The notes beneath the pieces were generated by a model, which ran no database searches, had not been told where the DNA came from, and worked only from the letters and a program-made list of their open reading frames with translations. This document shows positions 54,576-63,919 of a stretch of 64,000 bases of DNA, piece after piece. Made by a program: the position numbers and the translations under genes. This DNA is from Patescibacteria group bacterium (lineage in GTDB: Bacteria; Patescibacteriota; Patescibacteriia; CAIXNZ01). Each line of letters starts with the position of its first letter. The stretch's first letter is position 1. The DNA lies in contig JAQTMG010000003.1 in NCBI GenBank assembly GCA_028714455.1, forward strand, positions 39,834-103,833, given 5' to 3'.

Positions 54576-56273
54576 CTACGTGTGCGGCACAATTACAATC
54601 TTATCCTCGCTAATCGAAGTCGCGTTCGCCGTTGCTGTCAGCGGACTGAAATCTCCCACTAACGCGATGTCCGCGCCAACATTATAGTTCACGAAAAACG
54701 CGTCGGCCACGTCTTGGACTAAAGTGGCCCAATTATCGCCATAAAGAGCTTTGGCCAGCGCTTCGGTTTTTATCCAGCGCAAAGTACCGTGGGCATCAAC
54801 CGCGTACACTTTCGGATCAGTTGTGATTTTTATCAATTTTACACCCGGCTTATACGTCACATTGCCGCCGATGGAGATGGCCGCGAGTTGCGCGTCGGTA
54901 ATCGTCTTGACTGTTGAAAAATCCGGATACCAGGTCAAATACGTATTGAGCGTGGGAAAAACATAGCGCTTGCCGTCAGTGGCATAATAATAAACAGCCG
55001 GACCCGATGCCTTAATCAAATCGCCGTAAGAAATATTGGCCCCGACCAGTCCGGGCGCGTTAATCGTAATTGAGAGAGTGCCGATAACCTGATTATCCAC
55101 TTTAACTGATACTGTCTTAACGCCCAAAGAGGTGGATCTTGCTTCAAAAATTATTTTGCCGTTCACGTCTGAATTATTATTAGGAATAGTGATGATAACT
55201 CCCGAACTGGCGTCGACCACGATTTGTTTATTGGGAAGTGGCTGCCCCATGGAATCCTTAATGGTCACGGTAATGGTTGATTTATCTAAGCCATCATTGG
55301 CCAAAACGATTTTATCGGCCGCGACCGAGGAATTGGAGACCGAGAATGTCTGCGCGTGCGCGCTGACTGTAATCGAGCCTGTCTGCGTAAAATTTCCCCA
55401 GCCATCATGGGCCTGCAAACTGATGGTGTGCGTGCCGTCGCTGATGTTTTCCCAGTCGTAACGCCAGGTGTAAAAATTAACATCCATTTCCTGCACTGGA
55501 TATTCCTGACCGTCAATAAAGATATTGAAATCGCGGATATAACTGCCGCCCTCGTCTCTGGCCATGCCCTGGATCATTAAGCTGTTGGTGTTTAAAATCT
55601 GGCCGTCAAATAAATTGGTAATAACCAGTTTGGGTCCGAACATATCAATGGAATAGGTGCTGACTACCTGGCTGTTCGCGTTTGTCACATTGTCATCGGT
55701 CGGTCCGTTATTTTTGGCAGCCGTGAAAACGCCGAAATCGCCCACGTCAAAAAGGCCATTGGCATTATTGTCCGTAAGAATCGGAATCTGCATCAAAATC
55801 GTGGCCGTACTCGTGTAGTCGGAGAATGTTTCTACGGAGACAAAAAATCTTTTGCCAATGCTTGCGCTTTCATTCAAATTTTGAATATACCAAGATTCAT
55901 AAGTCGTGGTGTAATTAAAATTGCCGATTACCCGGTCAACACCCATGCCTTGAAATCCGGCTGGCCCGTCATCGGCCCAGAGCGTCATGTATTTTATATG
56001 GCTTAAATAATTGGCCGTGCCCAGATTTTTCAAGCCGAGAGCGTTAAGCGTGTCTGTGCCGCTGATATTAAGCGTGAAATCCATAATCAGGCCGTCAAAA
56101 GTCGCTCGATAAAAAGTCGCGTAAGGCGCCTGCAGGTTAATAACTGAACTGGTGGTAAAGGCCAGAGATGGCTGCGCGCCCAAAATCGTCAGCGCCAAAA
56201 TCGCGATGATGATAAAAATTTTTCTTCCGCCAAAGGCAGACCCGCCTCTGACGGGCATAATGTTTTTTTGCAT
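54576..56273 (-). CDS. Membrane-anchored surface protein with Ig-like (Big) domains and C-terminal shared ~115-aa domain
   Basis: N-terminal TM/signal, Big-like beta-sandwich repeats and a C-terminal block AVYYYATDGKRYVFP..DPKVYAV..LRWIKTE. Confidence 0.5.
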   Translation of the reverse strand: MQKNIMPVRGGSAFGGRKIFIIIAILALTILGAQPSLAFTTSSVINLQAPYATFYRATFDGLIMDFTLNISGTDTLNALGLKNLGTANYLSHIKYMTLWADDGPAGFQGMGVDRVIGNFNYTTTYESWYIQNLNESASIGKRFFVSVETFSDYTSTATILMQIPILTDNNANGLFDVGDFGVFTAAKNNGPTDDNVTNANSQVVSTYSIDMFGPKLVITNLFDGQILNTNSLMIQGMARDEGGSYIRDFNIFIDGQEYPVQEMDVNFYTWRYDWENISDGTHTISLQAHDGWGNFTQTGSITVSAHAQTFSVSNSSVAADKIVLANDGLDKSTITVTIKDSMGQPLPNKQIVVDASSGVIITIPNNNSDVNGKIIFEARSTSLGVKTVSVKVDNQVIGTLSITINAPGLVGANISYGDLIKASGPAVYYYATDGKRYVFPTLNTYLTWYPDFSTVKTITDAQLAAISIGGNVTYKPGVKLIKITTDPKVYAVDAHGTLRWIKTEALAKALYGDNWATLVQDVADAFFVNYNVGADIALVGDFSPLTATANATSISEDKIVIVPHT

Positions 56274-56299
56274 ATTTTTTAAAATTATAATTTTAATAA

Positions 56300-56878
56300 T
56301 TAATTTAAAATGTTAAATTCAACCGCCTCTTTGGGATTATCACGATCAAATTCCCAATTTACCGGATTATTGGCAATATATCCTTTTATCCGCGCGTAAT
56401 CTTCATCGTTTTTGATAATGTGTTCGTAATAATTATCTTGCCATTTGAAATCAAGGTTATTTTCATGGCATTTGCGCGTAACGGCACCTTTAAATGTATT
56501 AACGACAGACGATAATGATTTTGGTTTGACGTGGCCAAATTTATTCCGTGTAGAGACAGGGTATACCCTGTCTCTACAATTTTTTGCAAAATCATTTTCG
56601 TCGCATTCAATTTCAATTATCCCATGAACATGATTTGGCATGATTATCCAATCGTCCAATCTTATATTATTAAAATGCTTTGGTATCTCCAACCAACAAT
56701 CAAAAACGACTTTCCCAACCTCCGATAAATAAACATTATTATCCTTAATTTCACCCAAATCGTATATTCTGTCTTTGGTGCAAATTGTCACGAAATAAAA
56801 ACCTCCTTTGGCATAATCCCATTCCATCAAACGCATACTCGCCACGCGATATTTATTTTTAAAATATTCGTCCCCCAT
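56300..56878 (-). CDS. IS200/IS605-family Y1 transposase-like protein (RAYT-like) carrying a copy of the GTAGAGAC palindromic repeat in-frame
   Basis: HuH motif MPNHVHGII and C-terminal WQDNYYEHIIKNDEDYARIKGYIANNP (RAYT-like). The core GTAGAGACAGGGTATACCCTGTCTCTAC lies at 56549-56576 inside the ORF, translated RDRVYPVSTR. Confidence 0.6.
   Translation of the reverse strand: MGDEYFKNKYRVASMRLMEWDYAKGGFYFVTICTKDRIYDLGEIKDNNVYLSEVGKVVFDCWLEIPKHFNNIRLDDWIIMPNHVHGIIEIECDENDFAKNCRDRVYPVSTRNKFGHVKPKSLSSVVNTFKGAVTRKCHENNLDFKWQDNYYEHIIKNDEDYARIKGYIANNPVNWEFDRDNPKEAVEFNILN
56549..56576. repeat. Structured palindromic repeat core, copy 4 (intragenic)
   Basis: Identical to the core of copy 3; no outer GGGGCGAAAACG inverted repeat. 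Confidence 0.85.
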
Positions 56879-57036
56879 TTTTTATTTTTATTTTCCTACC
56901 TCTATTTTACACCAAAAACCCAATATTAACCAAACACAACCCCCGCGTTCTCCCCTCCTTTTCAAGGAGGGGTTCGGCCTGCCTGCCAAAGCTTCAGCGC
57001 AGGCGGGGCAGGTGGGGTAAAAAATTTCCCCAATCA

Positions 57037-57068
57037 AAACAGCCCCGCGAGCGCGGGGCTGTTTTTTC
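57037..57068 (-). terminator. Rho-independent terminator of the adhesin gene
   Basis: CAGCCCCGCG-AG-CGCGGGGCTG hairpin flanked by A and T runs. Confidence 0.6.
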
Positions 57069-57098
57069 TATATCAACGAATCAACAAATTTAGATCAA

Positions 57099-60000
57099 TT
57101 AGGGCTTCACTAAGGCGTTGGCATAAATGCCGCCGCGGAAGATGACATCATCCTCAACATAGTTACCACCATTGTAATTGATACTCCAATTCAGGTTAGG
57201 TGTTGATGCAGCAGCGTCGTTTAACAGAAGCTGGACTGAATCACCAAGGTTAGTCATAGCAGCGGTATTACCGTAAATATACAGTTTCTTGGTCTGACCC
57301 TTTGGTATGACAAAGTCCTTCTGGGCAAACAAGAATGCAGCAGCAGCAGGAGTACAGATATCTGTTGCGGCCAGAGTGGCATTATCCAAGATATTACCAT
57401 CTTCATCCTTCAAAACAAGGCCGGCGCTAGGTCCAGCGGTGCAGTGAGAAGAGATAGTAATCTTCAGTGTGTTTGCGCCAACGACTGGAAGAGTTGGACC
57501 ATCGAAAGTAACATCATCATTATTATCAGCCTTAACATTGAAGATAGCTAACAAAGTGTTAGCACCTGGTACTAGAGCGCCTGATGGCGAACTAGCATTC
57601 AAGCTGAAGTATGGTCGTGACTCATAAGCGAAATGGGTAGCAGGAATTGCTGCTTGCGCATTGGCTGTCTGTTGGCCAGATGACTTACCAGTTACATGGA
57701 TATCACCGGCGGCAAAAACTCGAGCCTGGATAGGATCGGCGTTACCTACGGTAACAGCATCAACCGGAGCGACATCAATTTTAACTGTCAAGGTAACACT
57801 GCCATTGGCCGGAATAGTAACTGTGTTGTCAGCCAAGACAAAGGTGGCTACAGATCCGCCAGAAGCAACAGCAACAGGATCGGTGATAGCACCGCCGTCA
57901 GCTCTTGAACTTGAATATAGATACCAGCTAGTTGCTACTGGTCCAAGAAGCGCTGTGGTTCTGTTAGTTCTAGCCCAAGTACCAGTTGTACCAACGACTG
58001 TAACAACAGTAGCAGATGACACAGTAAAGTTATTAACGCCGAAAGTAGTAACCGTGAAAGGACCGCTGCCTAATACTGGAGTAGAATCGGTTCCGCTCAA
58101 TCTGACAGTGTCACCGGTTGCGAGACCATGACCAGCGGAAGTAATAACTGGTAATGCTGTCCAGGTGCCTGCCGTAGCTGATGTTACACAACCAACGGGG
58201 GCGGCATAAGTAAAGGTAGCAGCGCCAGTTGTTGTAGCAGCAAATGTACCATTACATGTGCCATAAGCAGCGCCATTGACTGTAATGTTTATTGTAGAAC
58301 CAACAACTATTGGCAATGTGTGGTTAACAGCAGAAGTTACAGTTACTGTGCCAGCGGCCGAAACGATACCAGTAGTAGCACCAGTTGTTAAGCTGATTGC
58401 AGTGATAGCACCATTAGTACCTGTATCAGTCACCCTTACATCGTCAATGTCTAAATCCTCAACATTGTTAGCCTGTAATTTATAGACGGCCACAGTTTGC
58501 TTTGTTGAGCTAGCTATTAGCAATGATTTGCTTGGTGATGAAGCGTCTAATGATGTAGTTAAGATACCGGCAGCCGAATCAGTCATTTGCTGACCAGCGC
58601 CGCTATAAGCTACTGCAGGTGTGTTGCCTGTAGATTTGCCCGAAGCGGTTACGGCAGAAACATTCATGGTATGTCTATTTGGAGTAACAGTGTCACCCAG
58701 AGTAGACAAATCACCAACCACCGCAATCTTTACATAGCTACCCTTTGGCACAGTAATAACTTGAGTCAAAGAAATGGCTTTTGTAGCGGGGCTAACACCA
58801 GCAGCTGGCTGTTCATTGTTAGAGACTTTGGTCTCATACGCGTCGCCGCGTGTTGAGCTAGCTGGAGTTAAATCAGCCCAGATTGATAAATTCTGAATCT
58901 CTCTAAAGTCAGCACCTACTACAACGCTAGTAAAGGTGTCTCTAACTGTAACTGCGGAAACTCTCACATCTTCGCCAGAAGCAGTTGCGTCTAATGAAGC
59001 AGTTGCCCAGACAAAGTTTTGAGTACCGACAGCCACAGTGCGAGCGGCGGGTTGAGTTAAAGTTGCAGCACTCAAGGCAACAGCCAATATAGTTTGGACA
59101 TTGCCGTTTGCTGCAGCTGTAGAGATCGTCATGTTGTCCCTAGTGTTCATGCCAGTAGCAGTGATGTCAGTATTTGGAGTAGCAATATCAGCGCGAATAG
59201 TGCCGACAGCAGCTACGCCTGCGTTAGCAATAATATCAGTCTTAAAGGTGAATTTATGAGTACCTGTTGGCACAATATATGTATCTGTAAATACAGCGCA
59301 AACGCCAACAAAGCCGCAAGTAGCGCCAGTAGCATCATTGGTTATTGCTCTTGGACCAGCAATCGTGCTGCCAGTTTCATCAACCAATTTAGCGTTTGTT
59401 ATATTTGCCGGTAATAGACCTCCACCTAGAGTCAATTTAACTATAGTTCTTGTAATTTTGGCTGCTTCACCTCTAACTTCAAAAGCCCAAGTCGTCAAGG
59501 GCTGTTCTGAAGCTTGAGTGATATTGCCAGTTGCAGGAGAAGAGACATCCTTAGTTATATTTAAGATGCCGGTATTAACTGTTTGGTCAGTACCCTTACC
59601 ATCCCAACCATTAAGTATGACTGGAGTAAGGTAGAAACCATAAGTATTACCCTTAACAGTAACTAGGGCGTCTGTACCATCGGTTAAATCAAGGTTCAGA
59701 GTATTACCCGAACCGCTGACCACGTCGGTGTAGACCTGGAAAATATGTTTTGCGCCCTTTGGAATCACTACGTTCAAGGTACTAAAAGTAACTCTTGAAT
59801 TAGCATCAAAGGCAGCGACAGTTCCCAGAGTTCTACCCTCTGTCAAGCTGTACAATTCAATGTTGGCATAATCAACATTGCTAGCCGTACCAGCTTCTAA
59901 CAAGCTGATGGTCTCAACTGTTAGATCTTCGCCGGGACCAGCATTAACTTCAAATTGAGAAACCTGGACCCTCTTAGAGCCAGCGTCTGGCTTGCTGTCT

Positions 60001-61037
60001 GGCGGCAAAGCGTTTTTATCAACGCTAACAGAGCCTAAATCAGCCACCAAAACTACACTCATATAATTTCCCATAACAGGGAAAGCGCCAGTTACGGTGC
60101 CAGCATCCAAAACAACATCAGAAGCTGTTGAAATACCTAGAGCGATTGTATTGCCCCAAGGTGCCAAGCCAATACTTGCTCTGATAAAATAAGAAACAGA
60201 GGTATTGGCAGGGATAGATAATGATGGCACAAAAGTAACTAAAGCTTTGCTATTTGAACCCAAGCTAGCTACGCTACCAACAGTTGCGCCATTCATAGCC
60301 ACTAATTTGATGTTTGAAACATCATCATTAGAGCTTAAGCCAGTGCGTGTGATGTACATTGACTTAACTGTAGCAGCGGTATTGCCTGCGCTTAAAGTAA
60401 TTTTAGTAAAATTAGCAGAAGCAGTATCAGCTACCGTAGAAGCAGCTGGAGTATCAGAAGCCAAAGAAACATTTAGATTGCCACCTGTTGTAACTGAACC
60501 AGCTAAGCCCTTATCAACGTTAATTGATTGAGCGCCAGCTGTTGCGGCAGATGGAGAATAATCAGAAGCATTGTTTATCGGTGCGCCAACAGTGTAGTTG
60601 GTGAAAAATGCGTCTGACACATCCTCAACCTTGCTTGTCCAGGTTGCTCCGTACAAAGTAGAAGCAATGGATTCAGTAGTAATCCATCTTAATTGACCAT
60701 TAGCGGCTACGGCATAAACTTTGGGGTCAGTGGTAATTTTTACCATCTTAACGCCTGGTTTATAAGTAACGTTGCCTCCAATAGCGATAGTAGCTAATTC
60801 GCCGTCAGTGATTGTTCTCACTGTGGAAAAATCAGCGTACCATGTCTTGTATGTCTTCTCATTTGGGAAAACATATCTCTTGCCATCAGCACCGTAGTAA
60901 TAAACGGCTGGTAAAGATGCCTTGATCAAATCGCCCGAGCTGAAAGTTACAGCTTGCGCGCTTGGAACAAAGCCTGCCAAACCGATTGACCACATAATGG
61001 TCACCACCACAATACTGACAGTAAAAAACTTTTTCAT
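57099..61037 (-). CDS. Giant secreted surface protein/adhesin (Thr/Ala/Gly/Val-rich beta-sandwich repeats) with N-terminal shared ~115-aa domain
   Basis: Signal peptide MKKFFTVSIVVVTIMWSIGLAGFVPSAQA (start moved to this Met; the ORF track extends to 61121). It has an N-terminal AVYYYGADGKRYVFP block and roughly 1200 aa of low-complexity Ig-like repeats. Confidence 0.6.
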   Translation of the reverse strand: MKKFFTVSIVVVTIMWSIGLAGFVPSAQAVTFSSGDLIKASLPAVYYYGADGKRYVFPNEKTYKTWYADFSTVRTITDGELATIAIGGNVTYKPGVKMVKITTDPKVYAVAANGQLRWITTESIASTLYGATWTSKVEDVSDAFFTNYTVGAPINNASDYSPSAATAGAQSINVDKGLAGSVTTGGNLNVSLASDTPAASTVADTASANFTKITLSAGNTAATVKSMYITRTGLSSNDDVSNIKLVAMNGATVGSVASLGSNSKALVTFVPSLSIPANTSVSYFIRASIGLAPWGNTIALGISTASDVVLDAGTVTGAFPVMGNYMSVVLVADLGSVSVDKNALPPDSKPDAGSKRVQVSQFEVNAGPGEDLTVETISLLEAGTASNVDYANIELYSLTEGRTLGTVAAFDANSRVTFSTLNVVIPKGAKHIFQVYTDVVSGSGNTLNLDLTDGTDALVTVKGNTYGFYLTPVILNGWDGKGTDQTVNTGILNITKDVSSPATGNITQASEQPLTTWAFEVRGEAAKITRTIVKLTLGGGLLPANITNAKLVDETGSTIAGPRAITNDATGATCGFVGVCAVFTDTYIVPTGTHKFTFKTDIIANAGVAAVGTIRADIATPNTDITATGMNTRDNMTISTAAANGNVQTILAVALSAATLTQPAARTVAVGTQNFVWATASLDATASGEDVRVSAVTVRDTFTSVVVGADFREIQNLSIWADLTPASSTRGDAYETKVSNNEQPAAGVSPATKAISLTQVITVPKGSYVKIAVVGDLSTLGDTVTPNRHTMNVSAVTASGKSTGNTPAVAYSGAGQQMTDSAAGILTTSLDASSPSKSLLIASSTKQTVAVYKLQANNVEDLDIDDVRVTDTGTNGAITAISLTTGATTGIVSAAGTVTVTSAVNHTLPIVVGSTINITVNGAAYGTCNGTFAATTTGAATFTYAAPVGCVTSATAGTWTALPVITSAGHGLATGDTVRLSGTDSTPVLGSGPFTVTTFGVNNFTVSSATVVTVVGTTGTWARTNRTTALLGPVATSWYLYSSSRADGGAITDPVAVASGGSVATFVLADNTVTIPANGSVTLTVKIDVAPVDAVTVGNADPIQARVFAAGDIHVTGKSSGQQTANAQAAIPATHFAYESRPYFSLNASSPSGALVPGANTLLAIFNVKADNNDDVTFDGPTLPVVGANTLKITISSHCTAGPSAGLVLKDEDGNILDNATLAATDICTPAAAAFLFAQKDFVIPKGQTKKLYIYGNTAAMTNLGDSVQLLLNDAAASTPNLNWSINYNGGNYVEDDVIFRGGIYANALVKP

Positions 61038-61415
61038 AAGTAAATTCTTTAAATTGCTCTCGATCCAGAATCTGGCTGCTGGAAAATAAGGTTTTGACAT
61101 CCGTCTTCGCTTCGCCTCCAAGCCAACTCGGAGTCGACCTTTGCCAAAGCAAATGGGATCCCTATAGTCCGCTTAACCAAACCGTGAAAAGAGAGTGTTA
61201 ATTAGCTTCTTACCTCGCGGTAAGAAAATCCTCGGCCTTGCGGCCTCGGTTTTACTCACACCTTTCGGTATGAGCCAGCCCCAAACCGTCTGGTTTAGGG
61301 GTGGATGAACCACACTGCGATAATCACCAAATTCCAAGCATCAAATCCCAAACAATATGGATAGTAGTTATAACAGTGTGATTCACCCAAATATATTTAA
61401 TTATTAATTTTCAAT

Positions 61416-62753
61416 TTAACTCTTTGTCTCTGTTTCTATCGCCTCGACCTTGGCAGAATCTGCTGGTTTGTCCGCCTCCTGATTTTCAACCGGCGCGACC
61501 AGGTACTGGCTGTTGGCGTCAATAACTTTATTAATGGTTGATAAAATATCATCGGCCTGATTTACCTGCACAAAGGCCTGCGAGACCGAGTTGCTCTTCA
61601 GATATTCCTCGGCTTTGGCCAACAGTTTTTCTATCTGGGCCGGCTTATCTTTCATCTCTTCAATAGTCGGCAAAACCTCGACTGGCGCTTCTGGTTCTAG
61701 CGCGGAAATATCGCTGTTGATATTCGTATTTGAATTGGTATTTAAATTTACATTCGAATTGGTGTTTAAATCAGTTCCGGAATTTGTATTTGTGTTGGCA
61801 TTTGAATTTGACTGTTCCTTATCAGCCTCGGTCGTAGTTGTTTTAGTCTTATCGATTGCCGTTGCCGCGTCCTCTTGCTTTTTCTCTGCCTCGACTTTGG
61901 CCGCTGCTTCAGCTTCGGCTTTAGCCTTGGCTGCTTCGGCTTTGGCCAGTTCCTCGGCTTTGGCCTTATTATCAATAATAGTCTGAATGTCTGTCTTGGC
62001 CCCCTCATTGTCTTTTTTCAAGCCCTCGATTCTTTCGCTAAGTTTCAATTTGAGCTCATCAAGTGAAACGTCTTCACTGCCGCTTTCAAATTCGTTAAGC
62101 ATAACTGAAAGCGCTTTATCGCCGGTTGCCTTGGAAACAATAATAGCGTCTGTCGTGTTGGAATCAGACTTAATTTCATCGCTCCTTAAAAGATCAACGT
62201 AGACGCTGGCCTGGCGGTCAACCATGTCAGCCAATTTCAAGGCCTTGCCTTTATCAGTCATTTCCAGCTTGGCCAGATTGCTTTTCACGTTCGCCATGTT
62301 CTCCTGATATTTTTTCAGAGGCAGTTCAAGTTTGGACTTATCGTTTGTTCGGCTCATCACTTTCTTCGCTTCATCCAAACGCAGACCGGCAAAGGACATT
62401 TCCAGATTTGTTTTCTTCTCATCGTTAAGCGCCAGATTAACCTGCAGGCGCTCGCCTGTCAGTTTTAAGCCCCAAAGCAAATCACCGGGCAAACTATTTT
62501 TAGTGGCGCCGACTCCGGCCGCCCAGATGCCGGAAACCGCGATCAGAATCGCGAAAGTCATGGCGACAGGCCTTAATATGGTAAAAGCAAATTTTTGAGC
62601 CAACACTTTTGACAATTTATTTGAATCAAGCTCACTTGTCTGGGCGATAATTTGGGCATGCAAAATCTCCCGGCTTTTTTCTTTCCAGGTTTGGTTGGGC
62701 AAAATCTTATTTTGCAAATTATTGAGTTGTCGCAAGAGTTCTTTTTTCTTCAT
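61416..62753 (-). CDS. Putative anti-sigma factor-like membrane protein with low-complexity (TNxN) C-terminus
   Basis: Immediately downstream of the ECF sigma gene; one TM segment (FAFTILRPVAMTFAILIAVSGIWAAGVGA); coiled-coil and Asn/Thr repeats. Confidence 0.4.
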   Translation of the reverse strand: MKKKELLRQLNNLQNKILPNQTWKEKSREILHAQIIAQTSELDSNKLSKVLAQKFAFTILRPVAMTFAILIAVSGIWAAGVGATKNSLPGDLLWGLKLTGERLQVNLALNDEKKTNLEMSFAGLRLDEAKKVMSRTNDKSKLELPLKKYQENMANVKSNLAKLEMTDKGKALKLADMVDRQASVYVDLLRSDEIKSDSNTTDAIIVSKATGDKALSVMLNEFESGSEDVSLDELKLKLSERIEGLKKDNEGAKTDIQTIIDNKAKAEELAKAEAAKAKAEAEAAAKVEAEKKQEDAATAIDKTKTTTTEADKEQSNSNANTNTNSGTDLNTNSNVNLNTNSNTNINSDISALEPEAPVEVLPTIEEMKDKPAQIEKLLAKAEEYLKSNSVSQAFVQVNQADDILSTINKVIDANSQYLVAPVENQEADKPADSAKVEAIETETKS

Positions 62754-62771
62754 TATATTAGAAGTTGAAAT

Positions 62772-63341
62772 TTATTTTTTTGGCTCCTTGGCCACGAGTT
62801 CCTTAAGGGTGTTTAACGCTCGGTAGAGCAGCACCCTCACGTTGCCTTTTTTCTTTTCAATGATTTCGGCAATTTCGCCTATTGATAGATTCTCAATGTA
62901 GCGCAAGACAATTACTTCCCTGTATTCATCTTTCAGTTCCCGCAATTTTGTTTCCAGATCTTCTATGTCCAGGCCGACATCTATTTTTTCTAAGCTGCTT
63001 GTCGCCGCGCCCATTCTTTCATCTAAATTATCTTTCTCTTTTTCCAAAGATATTTCCGTTCCCTTGCTGGCTCTTCGGTAATAATCAACGATTAAATTTC
63101 TGGCGGTCTTGTAGAAAAATGCGTTCAAATTTTTTACTTTTTTTCCGTCCGCGATGTACTGCCAGGTTTTCAAAAATACTTCGGAGGAAAGGTCCTGGGC
63201 ATCTTCCGCGTTGGCAACTTTAAAAAAAATAAAGCGATAAATCCTGTCCAGATACAAATCGTAAACCTTGCTAAAGGCCTCCGGATCTTTATTCTTCGCT
63301 TTAAACAGTAAGTATTGATTTTTAAGTAAATTACCTTTCAT
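62772..63341 (-). CDS. RNA polymerase sigma factor, ECF (sigma-70 group 4) family
   Basis: Region 2 (FSKVYDLYLDRIYRFIFFKV) and region 4 HTH (LSIGEIAEIIEKKKGNVRVLLYRALNTLK). Confidence 0.85.
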   Translation of the reverse strand: MKGNLLKNQYLLFKAKNKDPEAFSKVYDLYLDRIYRFIFFKVANAEDAQDLSSEVFLKTWQYIADGKKVKNLNAFFYKTARNLIVDYYRRASKGTEISLEKEKDNLDERMGAATSSLEKIDVGLDIEDLETKLRELKDEYREVIVLRYIENLSIGEIAEIIEKKKGNVRVLLYRALNTLKELVAKEPKK

Positions 63342-63550
63342 CTTATAAGACGTAAAATTAAAAAAAATGTTACAGTTTTGTGCATAACATTTTCTTGAAA
63401 ATATGTTTCTAGGTGTTTTTGGGCATATGAGATTATCCTAATTATAAATCAAGGACAGAAATAAATCAAGCAAAATGTCAAGGCGTTAAATTAACAAAAT
63501 TTCGCTGAAATTAAGGCCTTTTATCCAAAATCAACTGTGTAAAACTTTCC

Positions 63551-63617
63551 TTGCCAATATTATTGTTATTTGTGCTATAATATTAGTAATAGTCTAATTG
63601 TCTAGATTATTCTAGAC
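63551..63617 (+). promoter_or_regulatory. Putative promoter (TTGCCA .. TGcTATAAT) with palindromic operator GTCTAGATTATTCTAGAC
   Basis: -35-like TTGCCA 63551-63556, extended -10 TGCTATAAT 63573-63581, and an 18-bp palindrome 63600-63617 just upstream of the HTH gene. Confidence 0.3.
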
Positions 63618-63640
63618 AAAAATACATATTATCACAACTT

Positions 63641-63919
63641 ATGCCGGAAATCAATTCAATTAGGATCTCTGTCTCCGAAGCCGCCCGCTTATTTGGCATT
63701 GACCCCAAAACAGTCAGACGAGCGCTGAAGGCGCAAGAGCTGCGCTATATAGTCGTACGCGGCCGGTACAAGCTTCATTTTGAGAGTCTGGTCAAGTGGT
63801 CGCAAAAGAAACCCACGGTTAAAAATAAGAGCGATAAATTCGGGCTGGGCCAGTATGTAGAAAAGTGGAAAATAAATAACAAGCACTACTCCCCTAATCC
63901 GAAGCAGCTGGAAAAATAA
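63641..63919 (+). CDS. Small HTH DNA-binding protein (excisionase/MerR-like HTH_17)
   Basis: SVSEAARLFGIDPKTVRRAL helix-turn-helix, 92 aa. It is followed by the palindrome GGCTCGAACACTTAAGTGTTCGAGCC at 63971-63996. Confidence 0.5.
   Translation: MPEINSIRISVSEAARLFGIDPKTVRRALKAQELRYIVVRGRYKLHFESLVKWSQKKPTVKNKSDKFGLGQYVEKWKINNKHYSPNPKQLEK

Noticed and set aside
56386-56728. ORFs 56386..56616 (-), 56445..56627 (+) and 56531..56728 (+) containing VETGYTLSL
   Set aside because: They are alternative-frame translations of the GTAGAGAC palindromic core embedded in the RAYT-like gene 56300..56878. The same peptide appears wherever the repeat occurs (e.g. 43797..44171).
61591-62202. Several + and - ORFs inside the anti-sigma-like gene (e.g. 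61766..62008 RPKPRNWPKPKQ..)
   Set aside because: They arise from the low-complexity AAT/ACC repeat region of the 61416..62753 gene and have extreme composition (Lys/Pro/Arg or Ser/Leu runs).
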